A stretch of 39,769 nt of DNA from a virus: IMG/VR virus record IMGVR_UViG_3300012922_000004, positions 1 to 39,769 of that record, one strand, 5' to 3'. The notes beneath the pieces were generated by a model, which searched no databases, was not told the DNA's origin, and saw only the letters and a program-made list of their open reading frames with translations. A program made the position numbers and the translations under genes. The number at the start of each line of letters is the position of its first letter. The first letter of the stretch is position 1. This document shows, piece after piece, positions 16,469-24,817 of the stretch.

Positions 16469-17446
16469 ATGCCGACTCCGCCGCTGGTCGCGATCGAGGC
16501 TCCGGATGGAGTGCGGTCCGTGTTCACGTTCGCGGCCGATATCGCTCTCGTGCGCACGATCGTGGTCGATCGATTCGTCGAGGGCGAGACGATCGACTTC
16601 AACGTCACTGGTACGCGCCAGATCACCTTCACCGCAGGGAACATTCCGCCTCCGAGCGGCCAAATCTGGCTGCTCAACGGCTTTCTCGCGGCCAGCGTCG
16701 GAACCAGCCTCCCGACCTGGGACACCGTAGCGAACCTGATCAGCGACGCAGCGATCGAGTTGGGGATCGCTCCGAACGCAGCCCCGATCGCCAATCCGTT
16801 TGCTGCCACCGATCCGAACATCCTGCAACTGCTCGCCTACCTGAAGTCAGGAGGACGCGACCTGGCCAAGCGGCGGCAATGGGCGCATCTCCAGAAGGAG
16901 TTCACGTTCCCAACCGTCAACGGACAAATCGCCTATCCGCTACCGAGCGATTATCGCTCATTGGTGCCGAACAGTGGGTGGAACCGCACCACGCAATGGC
17001 CTCTCGGCGGCCCAGTGGGCGCCGAATTCTGGCAGTTCAGGAAAGCGACCGTCTTCGCCGGTACGGTGTTCTTGAACGTCCGGATCTGGCAAGGACAAAT
17101 GTTCTTCGAGCCGACGCCAACCTCCGCGCAGACGATCGCGTTCGAGTATCTGAGCAGCTCATGGATCATGCCATCCGGCCAGACGGCACCGACGAGCTCC
17201 ACGCCGGCCGCCGCGACCGATACGGTGTGCTTCGAGCCTAACCTGGTGGTCAAGCGACTTAGGCTGGATTTCCAGCGAGCAAAGCACTTCGATACCACGA
17301 CCGAGCAGGACGATTACGATGACGCGCTGTATGCGGCGGAGTTGGAAGACTCGCCAGCGCGTACCATTTACTTGGGTGGCCGCGCCAACCGGACACCGAA
17401 GCGCATCGATCGCTGGAACATCCCCGACACTGGCGTAGGCCAGTAG
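16469..17446 (+). CDS. T7 gp11-like head-tail adaptor (tail tubular A-like) with N-terminal extension
   Basis: VANLISDAAIELGIAP...LLAYLKSGGRDLAKRRQW...YPLPSDY parallels my recollection of the T7 gp11 N-terminus. It lies just before the gp12-like gene. Confidence 0.45.
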   Translation: MPTPPLVAIEAPDGVRSVFTFAADIALVRTIVVDRFVEGETIDFNVTGTRQITFTAGNIPPPSGQIWLLNGFLAASVGTSLPTWDTVANLISDAAIELGIAPNAAPIANPFAATDPNILQLLAYLKSGGRDLAKRRQWAHLQKEFTFPTVNGQIAYPLPSDYRSLVPNSGWNRTTQWPLGGPVGAEFWQFRKATVFAGTVFLNVRIWQGQMFFEPTPTSAQTIAFEYLSSSWIMPSGQTAPTSSTPAAATDTVCFEPNLVVKRLRLDFQRAKHFDTTTEQDDYDDALYAAELEDSPARTIYLGGRANRTPKRIDRWNIPDTGVGQ

Positions 17447-19081
17447 ATGCTCTCCCGCGCGTCCGCCAAGAAGGTCCGGCGCAACCGGACCGAGACGGCG
17501 CACATCCCCGCGCCGACCGGCGGCCTAAACACGGTAGACCCTGGCTATGCGTTGCCAGAGTTCGACTGTCCGGTCCTTTTCAACATGATCGGCGGAGAGA
17601 ATGGCGCGCGGATCCGCCGCGGGTACAAGGAGTGGTGCACGGGAATGACGGGGGCGACCGACAACACGGTGCGGTCCGTATTGCCGTTCTTTGGCTCAGG
17701 AACGAATGGCGCGAAGGATCGACTATTTGCCTGTACCAGCAGCAAGATCTGGAGCGTCGGAGCGTCTAGCGCCGCCCCGCCGTCAGTGCTCAACTTCGCT
17801 AGCACGGCAGGGGATGCGGGCTGGGGTGTCGCGCGCGGCGTCGTGAATGCAGCCAATGCGCACTTCCTCATGCTCTGCGACGAGGAGAACGGCTATCACG
17901 TCTACACCGAGAGCACGGATCTCTGGGCCAAGATTGCCGCGGGTGCTGGCGCGACCGACATCAACGGTGTGGATCCGGCGAAGTTCGTCTTTGTCACCGT
18001 CTGGAAAAACTTCGTCCTCTTCGTTGAGAAAGACACGTCGCGGATGTGGTTCGGGACCGCGACGCGCGCCTTGTTCGGCACTGTCACCAGCTTCGACTTC
18101 GGCGCGCAGTTCCCGCACGGTGGCAACCTGGTCGGATTATGGAGTTCCACCGGAGACTACGGGATTGGCATCGATGACCACCTGGTCGCCGTCTCCTCCT
18201 CGGGCGACGTGGTGATCTACAAGGGTACCGATCCGAACGACGCGACCAAATTCTCGATTGCGGGTGTCTACTTCATCGGTGGCGTGCCCAAGGGTCGACG
18301 CATCGCCTACCCGCACGGCGGCGATTTGCTGCTCCTTGGCAGTGTGGGAATTGTGCCGCTGTCTAGGCTGTCGGCAGCGGATGGCGACTGGAGCGATACG
18401 TCGCAGTATGTGACTCGCAAGATCGGCAACGAGTTCTCGAAACTCGTCACTACCTACGGTGGCATCAAGGGCTGGTCGCTGATTCTGCATCCGGAAGAGA
18501 GCGCACTGCTAGTCATGGTTCCGGTAGCGGACGGGCAGCCCACCACGCAACTCGCGCTCAGTACTTTGACCGGCGGCTGGTCGAAGTACCGCGATCTTCC
18601 GATCCTTTCGTGCGAAGCGTGGGGTAAGAAGCTCTATTTCGGAACGGCAGATGGCCGGGTTTGCATCAACACAGACTATCTTGACAACGTGAATCTAGCT
18701 GCCACCGCGTTCAGCCTGATCAAGTTCAGCGGGATCACGGCGTTTCGGAACGGCGAGAATCCGCGGCAGAAGCAGGTCAAGGAAATCCGAGCGACCTATC
18801 TGTACGAGGGGGGGGTGCTGGCAACCACAGAGGAAGCGCGGTTCCGGTACAACCTCACAGAGGCGACAGCACCAAACCCGGTAGCTTCCAATAGCAGCAA
18901 CGTCTTCGATACGGCCCTCTTCGACTTCGCAACGTTTGGTGGCGACTTCGCCACCCAGCAGCTTCCCCGCGGAGCCTGTGGGATGGGGCCGGACGTAGCG
19001 ATCGCGTTCGCTGGATCTGCCGGCAGCCGCACGGTGCTGGTCGGGATCGACGTGGTGTTCGAAGAGGGTGGAGTGAATTAA
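17447..19081 (+). CDS. T7 gp12-like tail nozzle (tail tubular B-like)
   Basis: The N-terminal TGGLNTVDPGYALPEFDCPVLFNMI..GARIRRGY resembles the gp12 pattern GGIS....P.....N......G..KR.G. 544 aa and beta-rich. Confidence 0.5.
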   Translation: MLSRASAKKVRRNRTETAHIPAPTGGLNTVDPGYALPEFDCPVLFNMIGGENGARIRRGYKEWCTGMTGATDNTVRSVLPFFGSGTNGAKDRLFACTSSKIWSVGASSAAPPSVLNFASTAGDAGWGVARGVVNAANAHFLMLCDEENGYHVYTESTDLWAKIAAGAGATDINGVDPAKFVFVTVWKNFVLFVEKDTSRMWFGTATRALFGTVTSFDFGAQFPHGGNLVGLWSSTGDYGIGIDDHLVAVSSSGDVVIYKGTDPNDATKFSIAGVYFIGGVPKGRRIAYPHGGDLLLLGSVGIVPLSRLSAADGDWSDTSQYVTRKIGNEFSKLVTTYGGIKGWSLILHPEESALLVMVPVADGQPTTQLALSTLTGGWSKYRDLPILSCEAWGKKLYFGTADGRVCINTDYLDNVNLAATAFSLIKFSGITAFRNGENPRQKQVKEIRATYLYEGGVLATTEEARFRYNLTEATAPNPVASNSSNVFDTALFDFATFGGDFATQQLPRGACGMGPDVAIAFAGSAGSRTVLVGIDVVFEEGGVN

Positions 19082-19488
19082 TGTTCATCGTCCGCGCCAG
19101 CCAGCAGTTTCATTGGCTGGAGAAGCGGGTCGGGATCTCGTTCTCTTCCAAGGCAAAAGCGATTGCGGCTCTCAAGGAAGGAACCGATCAGATCATGGGC
19201 ATGGTCGGTTATGACCACTTCACCCAGAATTCAGCGCAGGCGCATTACGCCTTGGACACACCGATCGCATGGAGAGCGCTGGCGCAGCCCTCCTTTGACT
19301 ATCCGTTCATGGAACTAAAGCTCGGACTGCTGATCGGCATGGTGCTGTCGACTAACACCCGCAGCCTGGAACTGACCGAACATATCGGGTTCACCCCGAC
19401 CTATCGAATCGACGACGCGGTCGCGCCCGGGGTTCATTTCGTAATCTTCGAGATGCGGCGGGAGCACTGCCGCTGGTTGAAGGAGTAG
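19081..19488 (+). CDS. GNAT/RimJ-like acetyltransferase-fold protein (tentative)
   Basis: YPFMELKLGLLIGMVLSTNTRSLELTEHIGF matches the RimJ-type ...V...N..S..L.E..GF core. No clear Q/RxxGxG/A loop. Lower G+C by eye. Confidence 0.4.
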   Translation: MFIVRASQQFHWLEKRVGISFSSKAKAIAALKEGTDQIMGMVGYDHFTQNSAQAHYALDTPIAWRALAQPSFDYPFMELKLGLLIGMVLSTNTRSLELTEHIGFTPTYRIDDAVAPGVHFVIFEMRREHCRWLKE

Positions 19489-19492
19489 AGAG

Positions 19493-20494
19493 ATGGGTGG
19501 AATCAGTGTTCCCAATCCGCTGAGCAAGGGAGCTCCGGATATGCCCGACTACAAGGGCGCGTCCGAGCAGGCTACCCGCAACAGCCGACCGAATCAGAAC
19601 ACGCCTTGGGCGAGCTCGACTTGGACCTCCGGCTCGATGCCGGGTGCCCCCGGCGCTCAGAGCATGCTTGACCGGATGCTGCATCGGGCTCCTGGCGCCC
19701 CGACCGGCGACGGTCGGGACACGCAGACGATCGGACTCGCCGGACCGCTAGATGCCGCTAACCAGTCCATGATGGGCCAGCTTCAATCTGCCTGGGGCAC
19801 TCCGCTCGACAACGGGGCTGGCGCACGCCAGCACGCGGAAGACGCGATCTACGGCCGCGCCACTGCGCGATTGGATCCGATGTGGGATCAGCGCCAGCAT
19901 TCCATGCAGACCGACTTGGCCAACCAGGGGATCGACCCGAACAGCGCGGCTTACGGGAAGTCACTCGACAACTTCAGCCGCGGGCGTAACGATGCGTACT
20001 CGAGCGCGCTACAGGACGCGATCACGGGGGGCGGGCAGGAGGCGAGCAGGCAGCAGGCCATGGATCTTCAGTCTCGGCTGGCTCCGTTTTTGGGCATGCA
20101 GGGGATACAGGGGTTGTCGGGAATGCCCGGGTTCCAGACCGGAGGGAACCCGCTGCAGGCGGCGGCGCTTCATGGTCAGTATGGGATGGACGCGGCCCAA
20201 TATAATCGCGACTTCTGGAAGGACTTGATCGCTGGCGGGGCCGGTGCCGTGAAAGCGGGTGGCCTCGGCGGCGCTGCAGCAGCATCGGACGAGCGCCTCA
20301 AGACCGACATTCGCCGATTTGCTGACGTAGACTTTGCGCCCGGTGTCCCCGTCGCCTCGTTCCGGTATGTCTGGGAGCCAGTCGGTACGCGGCATCTCGG
20401 CGTCATCGCTCAGGACGTGGAAGCCGTCTGCCCTGGTCTCGTTACCTACCGTGGCGGATACCGCTATGTCCCTGTTCGCTTCCTGCTGACCTAG
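19493..20494 (+). CDS. Fibre or internal-virion-like protein with C-terminal peptidase-S74 intramolecular chaperone domain
   Basis: AASDERLKTDIRRF...VASFRYVWEP..GTRHLGVIAQDVEAVCPGLV is the S-D-x-R-L-K autocleavage signature. The N-terminal part is G/Q/M-rich. Confidence 0.75.
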   Translation: MGGISVPNPLSKGAPDMPDYKGASEQATRNSRPNQNTPWASSTWTSGSMPGAPGAQSMLDRMLHRAPGAPTGDGRDTQTIGLAGPLDAANQSMMGQLQSAWGTPLDNGAGARQHAEDAIYGRATARLDPMWDQRQHSMQTDLANQGIDPNSAAYGKSLDNFSRGRNDAYSSALQDAITGGGQEASRQQAMDLQSRLAPFLGMQGIQGLSGMPGFQTGGNPLQAAALHGQYGMDAAQYNRDFWKDLIAGGAGAVKAGGLGGAAAASDERLKTDIRRFADVDFAPGVPVASFRYVWEPVGTRHLGVIAQDVEAVCPGLVTYRGGYRYVPVRFLLT

Positions 20495-20501
20495 GAGCAC
20501 C

Positions 20502-21818
20502 ATGGATCCCGCTCTCATGCAGCAGATTATGGGGACCGCCCCTCTCGCCGAGCAGCAAGGCGAGATCGATCGGCAACTCCAAGACGTGCTTGCGCGTCGT
20601 CGCGCCTACCAGCCGGCCCAACACACCACCGGCATCGGTGCGCTTCTCGGCGGGATCGGCGACATCATCCAGGGGCGGAATTTCAATGATCAGGAGCAAG
20701 CGCTCCGAGCTCAACGCTCCGACCTCGCCCGCCAGATCGCCGGGTCGCGGAGTGCCTACGCCAATGCCTTCTCCGATGCGAATCAGCCAGTACAGGCACC
20801 GCCCGAGATGATTGCGGCTCCCGGTGTCACCCAGCAGTCGCTCGACGCCGAGCGCCAGCAGAAGCTCTCCAGGCTGCAAACGGCCGGGATGCTCTCCGGC
20901 GACCCGCTGATCTCCAACTACCTCCAGAAGGCGCCGCAGATGGCGCAGGAGCAGCAGACCCTCGAGCAGGGGGCGCAGAGGTTCCCGCTTCAGCAGGCGA
21001 TGGATCGGCTGAAGCTGGCGCAGGCGGGGCCGCAGGCTGATCTTGGTGGCAAGACGCCCGGCACGTTCGAGCTGCTGACCAAGCGGATGGAAGCGCCGAA
21101 GTTTACCGGATTGTCGCCAGGATCTGGGGTCGTCAACACCAGAACTGGCGAAGTGACTACGCCCGCCGGCGAAGACCGAGCGACCATGCGGGAGCGCAAG
21201 AAGGCCCGCGCGGCCCTCAATATCGGTCCCGATCTCGAGCCCAACGAGGATCTGGTCAACAAAGTCCTTGCCGGAGAGGCCGATCCGGGGAGCCCCGGCA
21301 TGAAGGCCCCGCTGGAGAAGTTGGGCAAGCTGAACTCCGCGGCAGCGGGCTTCTCTGATGTGGCGCAGCGGCTTAAGGACTTCCTTGCCAAGCACCCGAA
21401 CGGCTCGTTTGCCGGAACCGACGCCACGGAGGCTGAAGCCATCGCCCAGGATCTCCGCTCGCTTTACATGGAGAACCTGAACATGCAGACTTTGCGGGCG
21501 AACGACATCCCCATCCTCAACAAGGTGATCGCGGACCCAACCACGCTGTTGAACATGGCTAAGTCGTCGACCGGCGTCCTTGATCTTGGCAAGCAACTGG
21601 ATACGGCTGTGAACCTGTCCAAGCAGCGCGCCCTGAGCCAGGCGGAAGCGATCGGGTACGGACCTTCTAAGTCCGGCCGTTATGCCGGATTTCAGGGCAG
21701 GAGAGATCAGGCCTCCGGCGGTGAGAGGCAGATCTTGAAGTGGCAGCAGAACACCAGCACGGGCAAGAAGCGTCCCGTGTACTCGGATGGAAGCTATGGC
21801 CCAGAACAGCCACTCTGA
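20502..21818 (+). CDS. Internal virion / ejection-like protein (positional call)
   Basis: 438 aa, Q/A-rich, AGGAG SD. Occupies the gp14-16-equivalent position. Confidence 0.4.
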   Translation: MDPALMQQIMGTAPLAEQQGEIDRQLQDVLARRRAYQPAQHTTGIGALLGGIGDIIQGRNFNDQEQALRAQRSDLARQIAGSRSAYANAFSDANQPVQAPPEMIAAPGVTQQSLDAERQQKLSRLQTAGMLSGDPLISNYLQKAPQMAQEQQTLEQGAQRFPLQQAMDRLKLAQAGPQADLGGKTPGTFELLTKRMEAPKFTGLSPGSGVVNTRTGEVTTPAGEDRATMRERKKARAALNIGPDLEPNEDLVNKVLAGEADPGSPGMKAPLEKLGKLNSAAAGFSDVAQRLKDFLAKHPNGSFAGTDATEAEAIAQDLRSLYMENLNMQTLRANDIPILNKVIADPTTLLNMAKSSTGVLDLGKQLDTAVNLSKQRALSQAEAIGYGPSKSGRYAGFQGRRDQASGGERQILKWQQNTSTGKKRPVYSDGSYGPEQPL

Positions 21819-23103
21819 CGGCTGGACGGACATGCCGTCCGGCGGTTGGGAGGACATGCCGACCGCCCCGGCTCAGCCCGGCATGGCGCATAGGCTCCTG
21901 ACATGGGCCACAACGCCGTTCAAGGCGATGGAGCCGATCCTTGCCGAGCAGAAGGCGACCGCGGGGTCTGGGCTGATCGGAAAGGACTCCCCGGACGCGC
22001 TGGCTGGCGTTGGCGCATTCGTCTCCGGCCTTCCGGGCTTTCAGCCATCGGCCACCTCGCCGGAATTCGATGAGCGCATGAGCCGGTTTCGGCAGGAGCA
22101 CCCGATCGCCGGAACCGCGCTGCCATTCGCAGGAGGGTTTGCCGCTCCGGTGCTTCCGACGGCGGGTGCCGCCCAGCCCGGCGCTGTGGAGTCGCTGGCG
22201 AACTCGCTTGCTGCCCGCACGCTGCGCGGAACGGCGACTGAGTATAAGACGCTCGGCAAGGAGGGCGTGCAGAGCATGGGCGACATGCTCTTGCGTAGGC
22301 GCGCTGTCCGGCTTGGGTCCAGCCCGAAGGATGTGGCTGCTCGGGTCGCCGGATTGCCGGAAGCGACGGGGCAGGAGCTCGGCGGGGCCATCTCCGCTCT
22401 CGACTCGACAGGCGGCCAAGTCTCGAAGCAAGCGTTGGCACAGCGCTTCACGGATCTGGCTAACGAGGCCCGATCCGGTGGTCCTGGCGCTGCACCACTG
22501 GTCGCGAAGTATGAGAACGCCGCTGAGTCCGTGCTGAAAGACATCCAGGCCACAGGAGAGCCGATGATGTCCTTCAAGCAGGCCGAACAGTGGAAGCAGG
22601 CGTATCAGGCGCCCATCAACTACGCCAAGACGACCAACACGCCGCTAGAGATGGGCTCCAGAGAGGTTGCCAGCGCCGCACGGCAAGGCGTTGAGGATGC
22701 CGCTTCCGCTGCTGGACCCGGGACCGATTTGGCCGACGCCTTTCTGAACGCGAAGAAGGAAAGCGGGCTTGCGCAGCAGGCCGCGAAGATGACCGAGGGC
22801 GCAGAGGGCCGGAGGATGGGTCGCAACATGAGCAGCCCGACCGCCCGCGCCATGGCTATCGCAGGCGTGGCCACCGCTCTTGCCAGCGGCCATCCGGGAG
22901 CTGTTATCCCGGCACTGACGGCCGGTCCCGCGCTCGAGCAGGTACTAAAGCGTTCTCCGGCCACGCTGGCGGTGTTGCTGAAGGCCACCGCACCCGGTGC
23001 CGCCCGAACCGCTGCGCAAGGTGGCGCCGCCGATCTGTTGGCGATCCTTCGCGAGTTGCGTCAGAACCGATCGGCAGCCCCCGCCCTCGCGCAGAGCGAA
23101 TAG
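21787..23103 (+). CDS. Internal virion-like protein (start uncertain: 21787, 21796 or 21832)
   Basis: 438 aa, Ala/Gly-rich. N-terminal tandem GWTDMP/GWEDMP. Confidence 0.4.
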   Translation: MEAMAQNSHSDGWTDMPSGGWEDMPTAPAQPGMAHRLLTWATTPFKAMEPILAEQKATAGSGLIGKDSPDALAGVGAFVSGLPGFQPSATSPEFDERMSRFRQEHPIAGTALPFAGGFAAPVLPTAGAAQPGAVESLANSLAARTLRGTATEYKTLGKEGVQSMGDMLLRRRAVRLGSSPKDVAARVAGLPEATGQELGGAISALDSTGGQVSKQALAQRFTDLANEARSGGPGAAPLVAKYENAAESVLKDIQATGEPMMSFKQAEQWKQAYQAPINYAKTTNTPLEMGSREVASAARQGVEDAASAAGPGTDLADAFLNAKKESGLAQQAAKMTEGAEGRRMGRNMSSPTARAMAIAGVATALASGHPGAVIPALTAGPALEQVLKRSPATLAVLLKATAPGAARTAAQGGAADLLAILRELRQNRSAAPALAQSE

Positions 23104-23116
23104 GAGACCCATCACA

Positions 23117-24163
23117 ATGCGAAATCGTCTGCTCGTCACTGCGGGCATTATCACCATCATGCTTTTCGGGTCTGCGCTGGGCGGCTACTTCTGGCATGTC
23201 TCGCACGCAGACGCCTCCCGTAACAGCGCGGGCACCTACAGCCTGGCCACATCTCCGGTGGTTAGCGGGCAGACGATCGGGTCGGCCCTCTGGAACAACA
23301 CCTTCAACGACCTGGCTACCGGCGTCACCGACAGTCTGGATCGCAATGGCCGCGGCGGAATGCTGGCCGCGCTCCGCGGGATCGATGGCACGGTGGCCGC
23401 GCCTGCGCTGAGTTTCACGTCGGAGACGGGCAGCGGGCTCTATCGGATCGGTACGTCTGACGCGGGCTTCGCGATCTCGGGTGCGAAGGTTGGCGAGTGG
23501 ACTGCGAACGGGTATCGCGGCGCCAACGGCGCGGTGGCTACGCCGAGTTTGAGCTTCTTCAACGACACCGGCAGCGGACTCTACCGGATCGGCTCGAACG
23601 ATATCGGGTTCGCGATCAACGGCGCGATTGTGCAGGAGTGGACGGCCACCGGATCCGCGTTTACGGGAACGCTGAGCGCCGCCGTCTCCGGCACCGGATC
23701 AACCTTCCTGGCCACCTTCTTCGAAGCGTCACTGGCGAACGGGAACAGCGGCACTCTGGCGGTTGGAAAAGCCAACTCAGCGAATGCGTCGGTTGGGCTC
23801 CAGTTTAATCCGAACGCTACAGCCGCCAACTCGACCGGCTGCCTGGTGGTCAACGGCCAGACGGCAACGCTGTGCGTGGACGGGAACAACAAGACGATCG
23901 TGGGTGGGGCGATGACTGTTGCCGGCACAACCACGTCGAACGGGTTTTTCTGCAACAACTACTCAAGCGACACAGATCGCTGCGGCATCGCTACGCTAGA
24001 CGGTTCAGGAAACAAGACCGAGACTATGGCGGCCGGCGTGCATGCCTGCGTGTGTACGGACACCACCGTGGTAGCCGCGGCGGCGGTCGGCTGTAACGTC
24101 TCCGGCGGCACCCTGACGCTCAAGGGCACTGCGGCACACCTGATCAACTACTTCTGCTTCTGA
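23117..24163 (+). CDS. Tail fibre-like protein with hydrophobic N-terminus
   Basis: AGGAG SD. Two copies of the ...AP(A/S)LSF..(E/D)TGSGLYRIG..D.GFAI.G... fibre repeat. N-terminal LLVTAGIITIMLFGSALGGYFW. Cys-rich C-terminus. Confidence 0.6.
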   Translation: MRNRLLVTAGIITIMLFGSALGGYFWHVSHADASRNSAGTYSLATSPVVSGQTIGSALWNNTFNDLATGVTDSLDRNGRGGMLAALRGIDGTVAAPALSFTSETGSGLYRIGTSDAGFAISGAKVGEWTANGYRGANGAVATPSLSFFNDTGSGLYRIGSNDIGFAINGAIVQEWTATGSAFTGTLSAAVSGTGSTFLATFFEASLANGNSGTLAVGKANSANASVGLQFNPNATAANSTGCLVVNGQTATLCVDGNNKTIVGGAMTVAGTTTSNGFFCNNYSSDTDRCGIATLDGSGNKTETMAAGVHACVCTDTTVVAAAAVGCNVSGGTLTLKGTAAHLINYFCF

Positions 24164-24378
24164 CCGGCGCAGAACTTCTCGCATTCGCGCCGTTCCCATT
24201 CGCAAGTCGGCCCCGGATACCAATAGCCAACCGACAATACCATCCCGCACTCGTGGATGCAGGTGATCTCGTAGTGCAGGTTAGGGGTTTGCACGAGGGC
24301 CAGTTGTTCGCACTCAACGCCCCCGCACCCAATCAACATCGCCAACACGAGCCATCGCATGGAGGCGCAAGCTAGCAC
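24148..24378 (-). CDS. Antisense-oriented Cys-rich lipoprotein (moron)
   Basis: Lipobox LAMLIG-C. The mature peptide has 8 Cys. This is the only plausible ORF in the 254-nt gap of the plus-strand operon. Good GC3. Start is GTG 24378 or ATG 24360. Confidence 0.55.
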   Translation of the reverse strand: MLACASMRWLVLAMLIGCGGVECEQLALVQTPNLHYEITCIHECGMVLSVGYWYPGPTCEWERRECEKFCAGQKQK

Positions 24379-24416
24379 ATGGACCCCAGACTCGTCATCG
24401 AATCCGAGAAAGTCCC

Positions 24417-24623
24417 ATGATCACTGGCAAGCAGATCGCCGTCATTGCCGGGGCTGCTGGTGCCTTCGTGGGCGGCGTCGTGCTCGGCCTTGGGAGCGGA
24501 CATGCCTCGCCCCCGCCGATCGACGCGAAGATCGAGGCGCTGGCGAGGGATGTGACTGAGATGCGCGCGGACATCAAAGCGATCAAATGCAAGCTGAACA
24601 TCGACGGAACGTGTCCACGATGA
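24417..24623 (+). CDS. Single-TM protein with periplasmic coiled coil (holin or i-spanin-like)
   Basis: TM IAVIAGAAGAFVGGVVLGLG, then IDAKIEALARDVTEMRADIKAIKCKL. 68 aa. Confidence 0.5.
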   Translation: MITGKQIAVIAGAAGAFVGGVVLGLGSGHASPPPIDAKIEALARDVTEMRADIKAIKCKLNIDGTCPR

Positions 24624-24817
24624 GAGTCCTTCTTCTCCTGCTTCTGCTGACCGCCTGCGCCACCCCGACGCGGATCATGGTCCCGCATGTCTGCGTCCCC
24701 TCGCGCGATTCGCCAGCATTCCAGAAGTGCAAGGCGGACTGCGAAGGTGATGCCTTCATCGTGGAGAACGCGGCGGATACCGCCTGCTACTGCCGCAAGC
24801 CGCCGGAGGGCACATAG
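24620..24817 (+). CDS. Small Cys-rich lipoprotein (o-spanin-like or immunity-like)
   Basis: ATGA overlap. MRVLLLLLLLTA-C is a canonical lipobox. The mature peptide has 7 Cys. Confidence 0.6.
   Translation: MRVLLLLLLLTACATPTRIMVPHVCVPSRDSPAFQKCKADCEGDAFIVENAADTACYCRKPPEGT

Noticed and set aside
15535-16821. 428-aa minus-strand ORF (similarly 20442-21857 at 471 aa, 6118-6930 at 270 aa and 27742-28560 at 272 aa)
   Set aside because: All are antisense to plus-strand genes that have recognisable motifs or coupling. Their compositions are dominated by Arg, Pro and Gly. They are treated as GC-driven artefacts.
23387-23647. Tandem roughly 40-aa repeat in the tail fibre considered as a DGR template/variable-repeat pair or a hypervariable cassette
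   Set aside because: No reverse transcriptase is present anywhere in the genome. The two copies are adjacent and in frame within one gene, which is ordinary fibre-repeat architecture.
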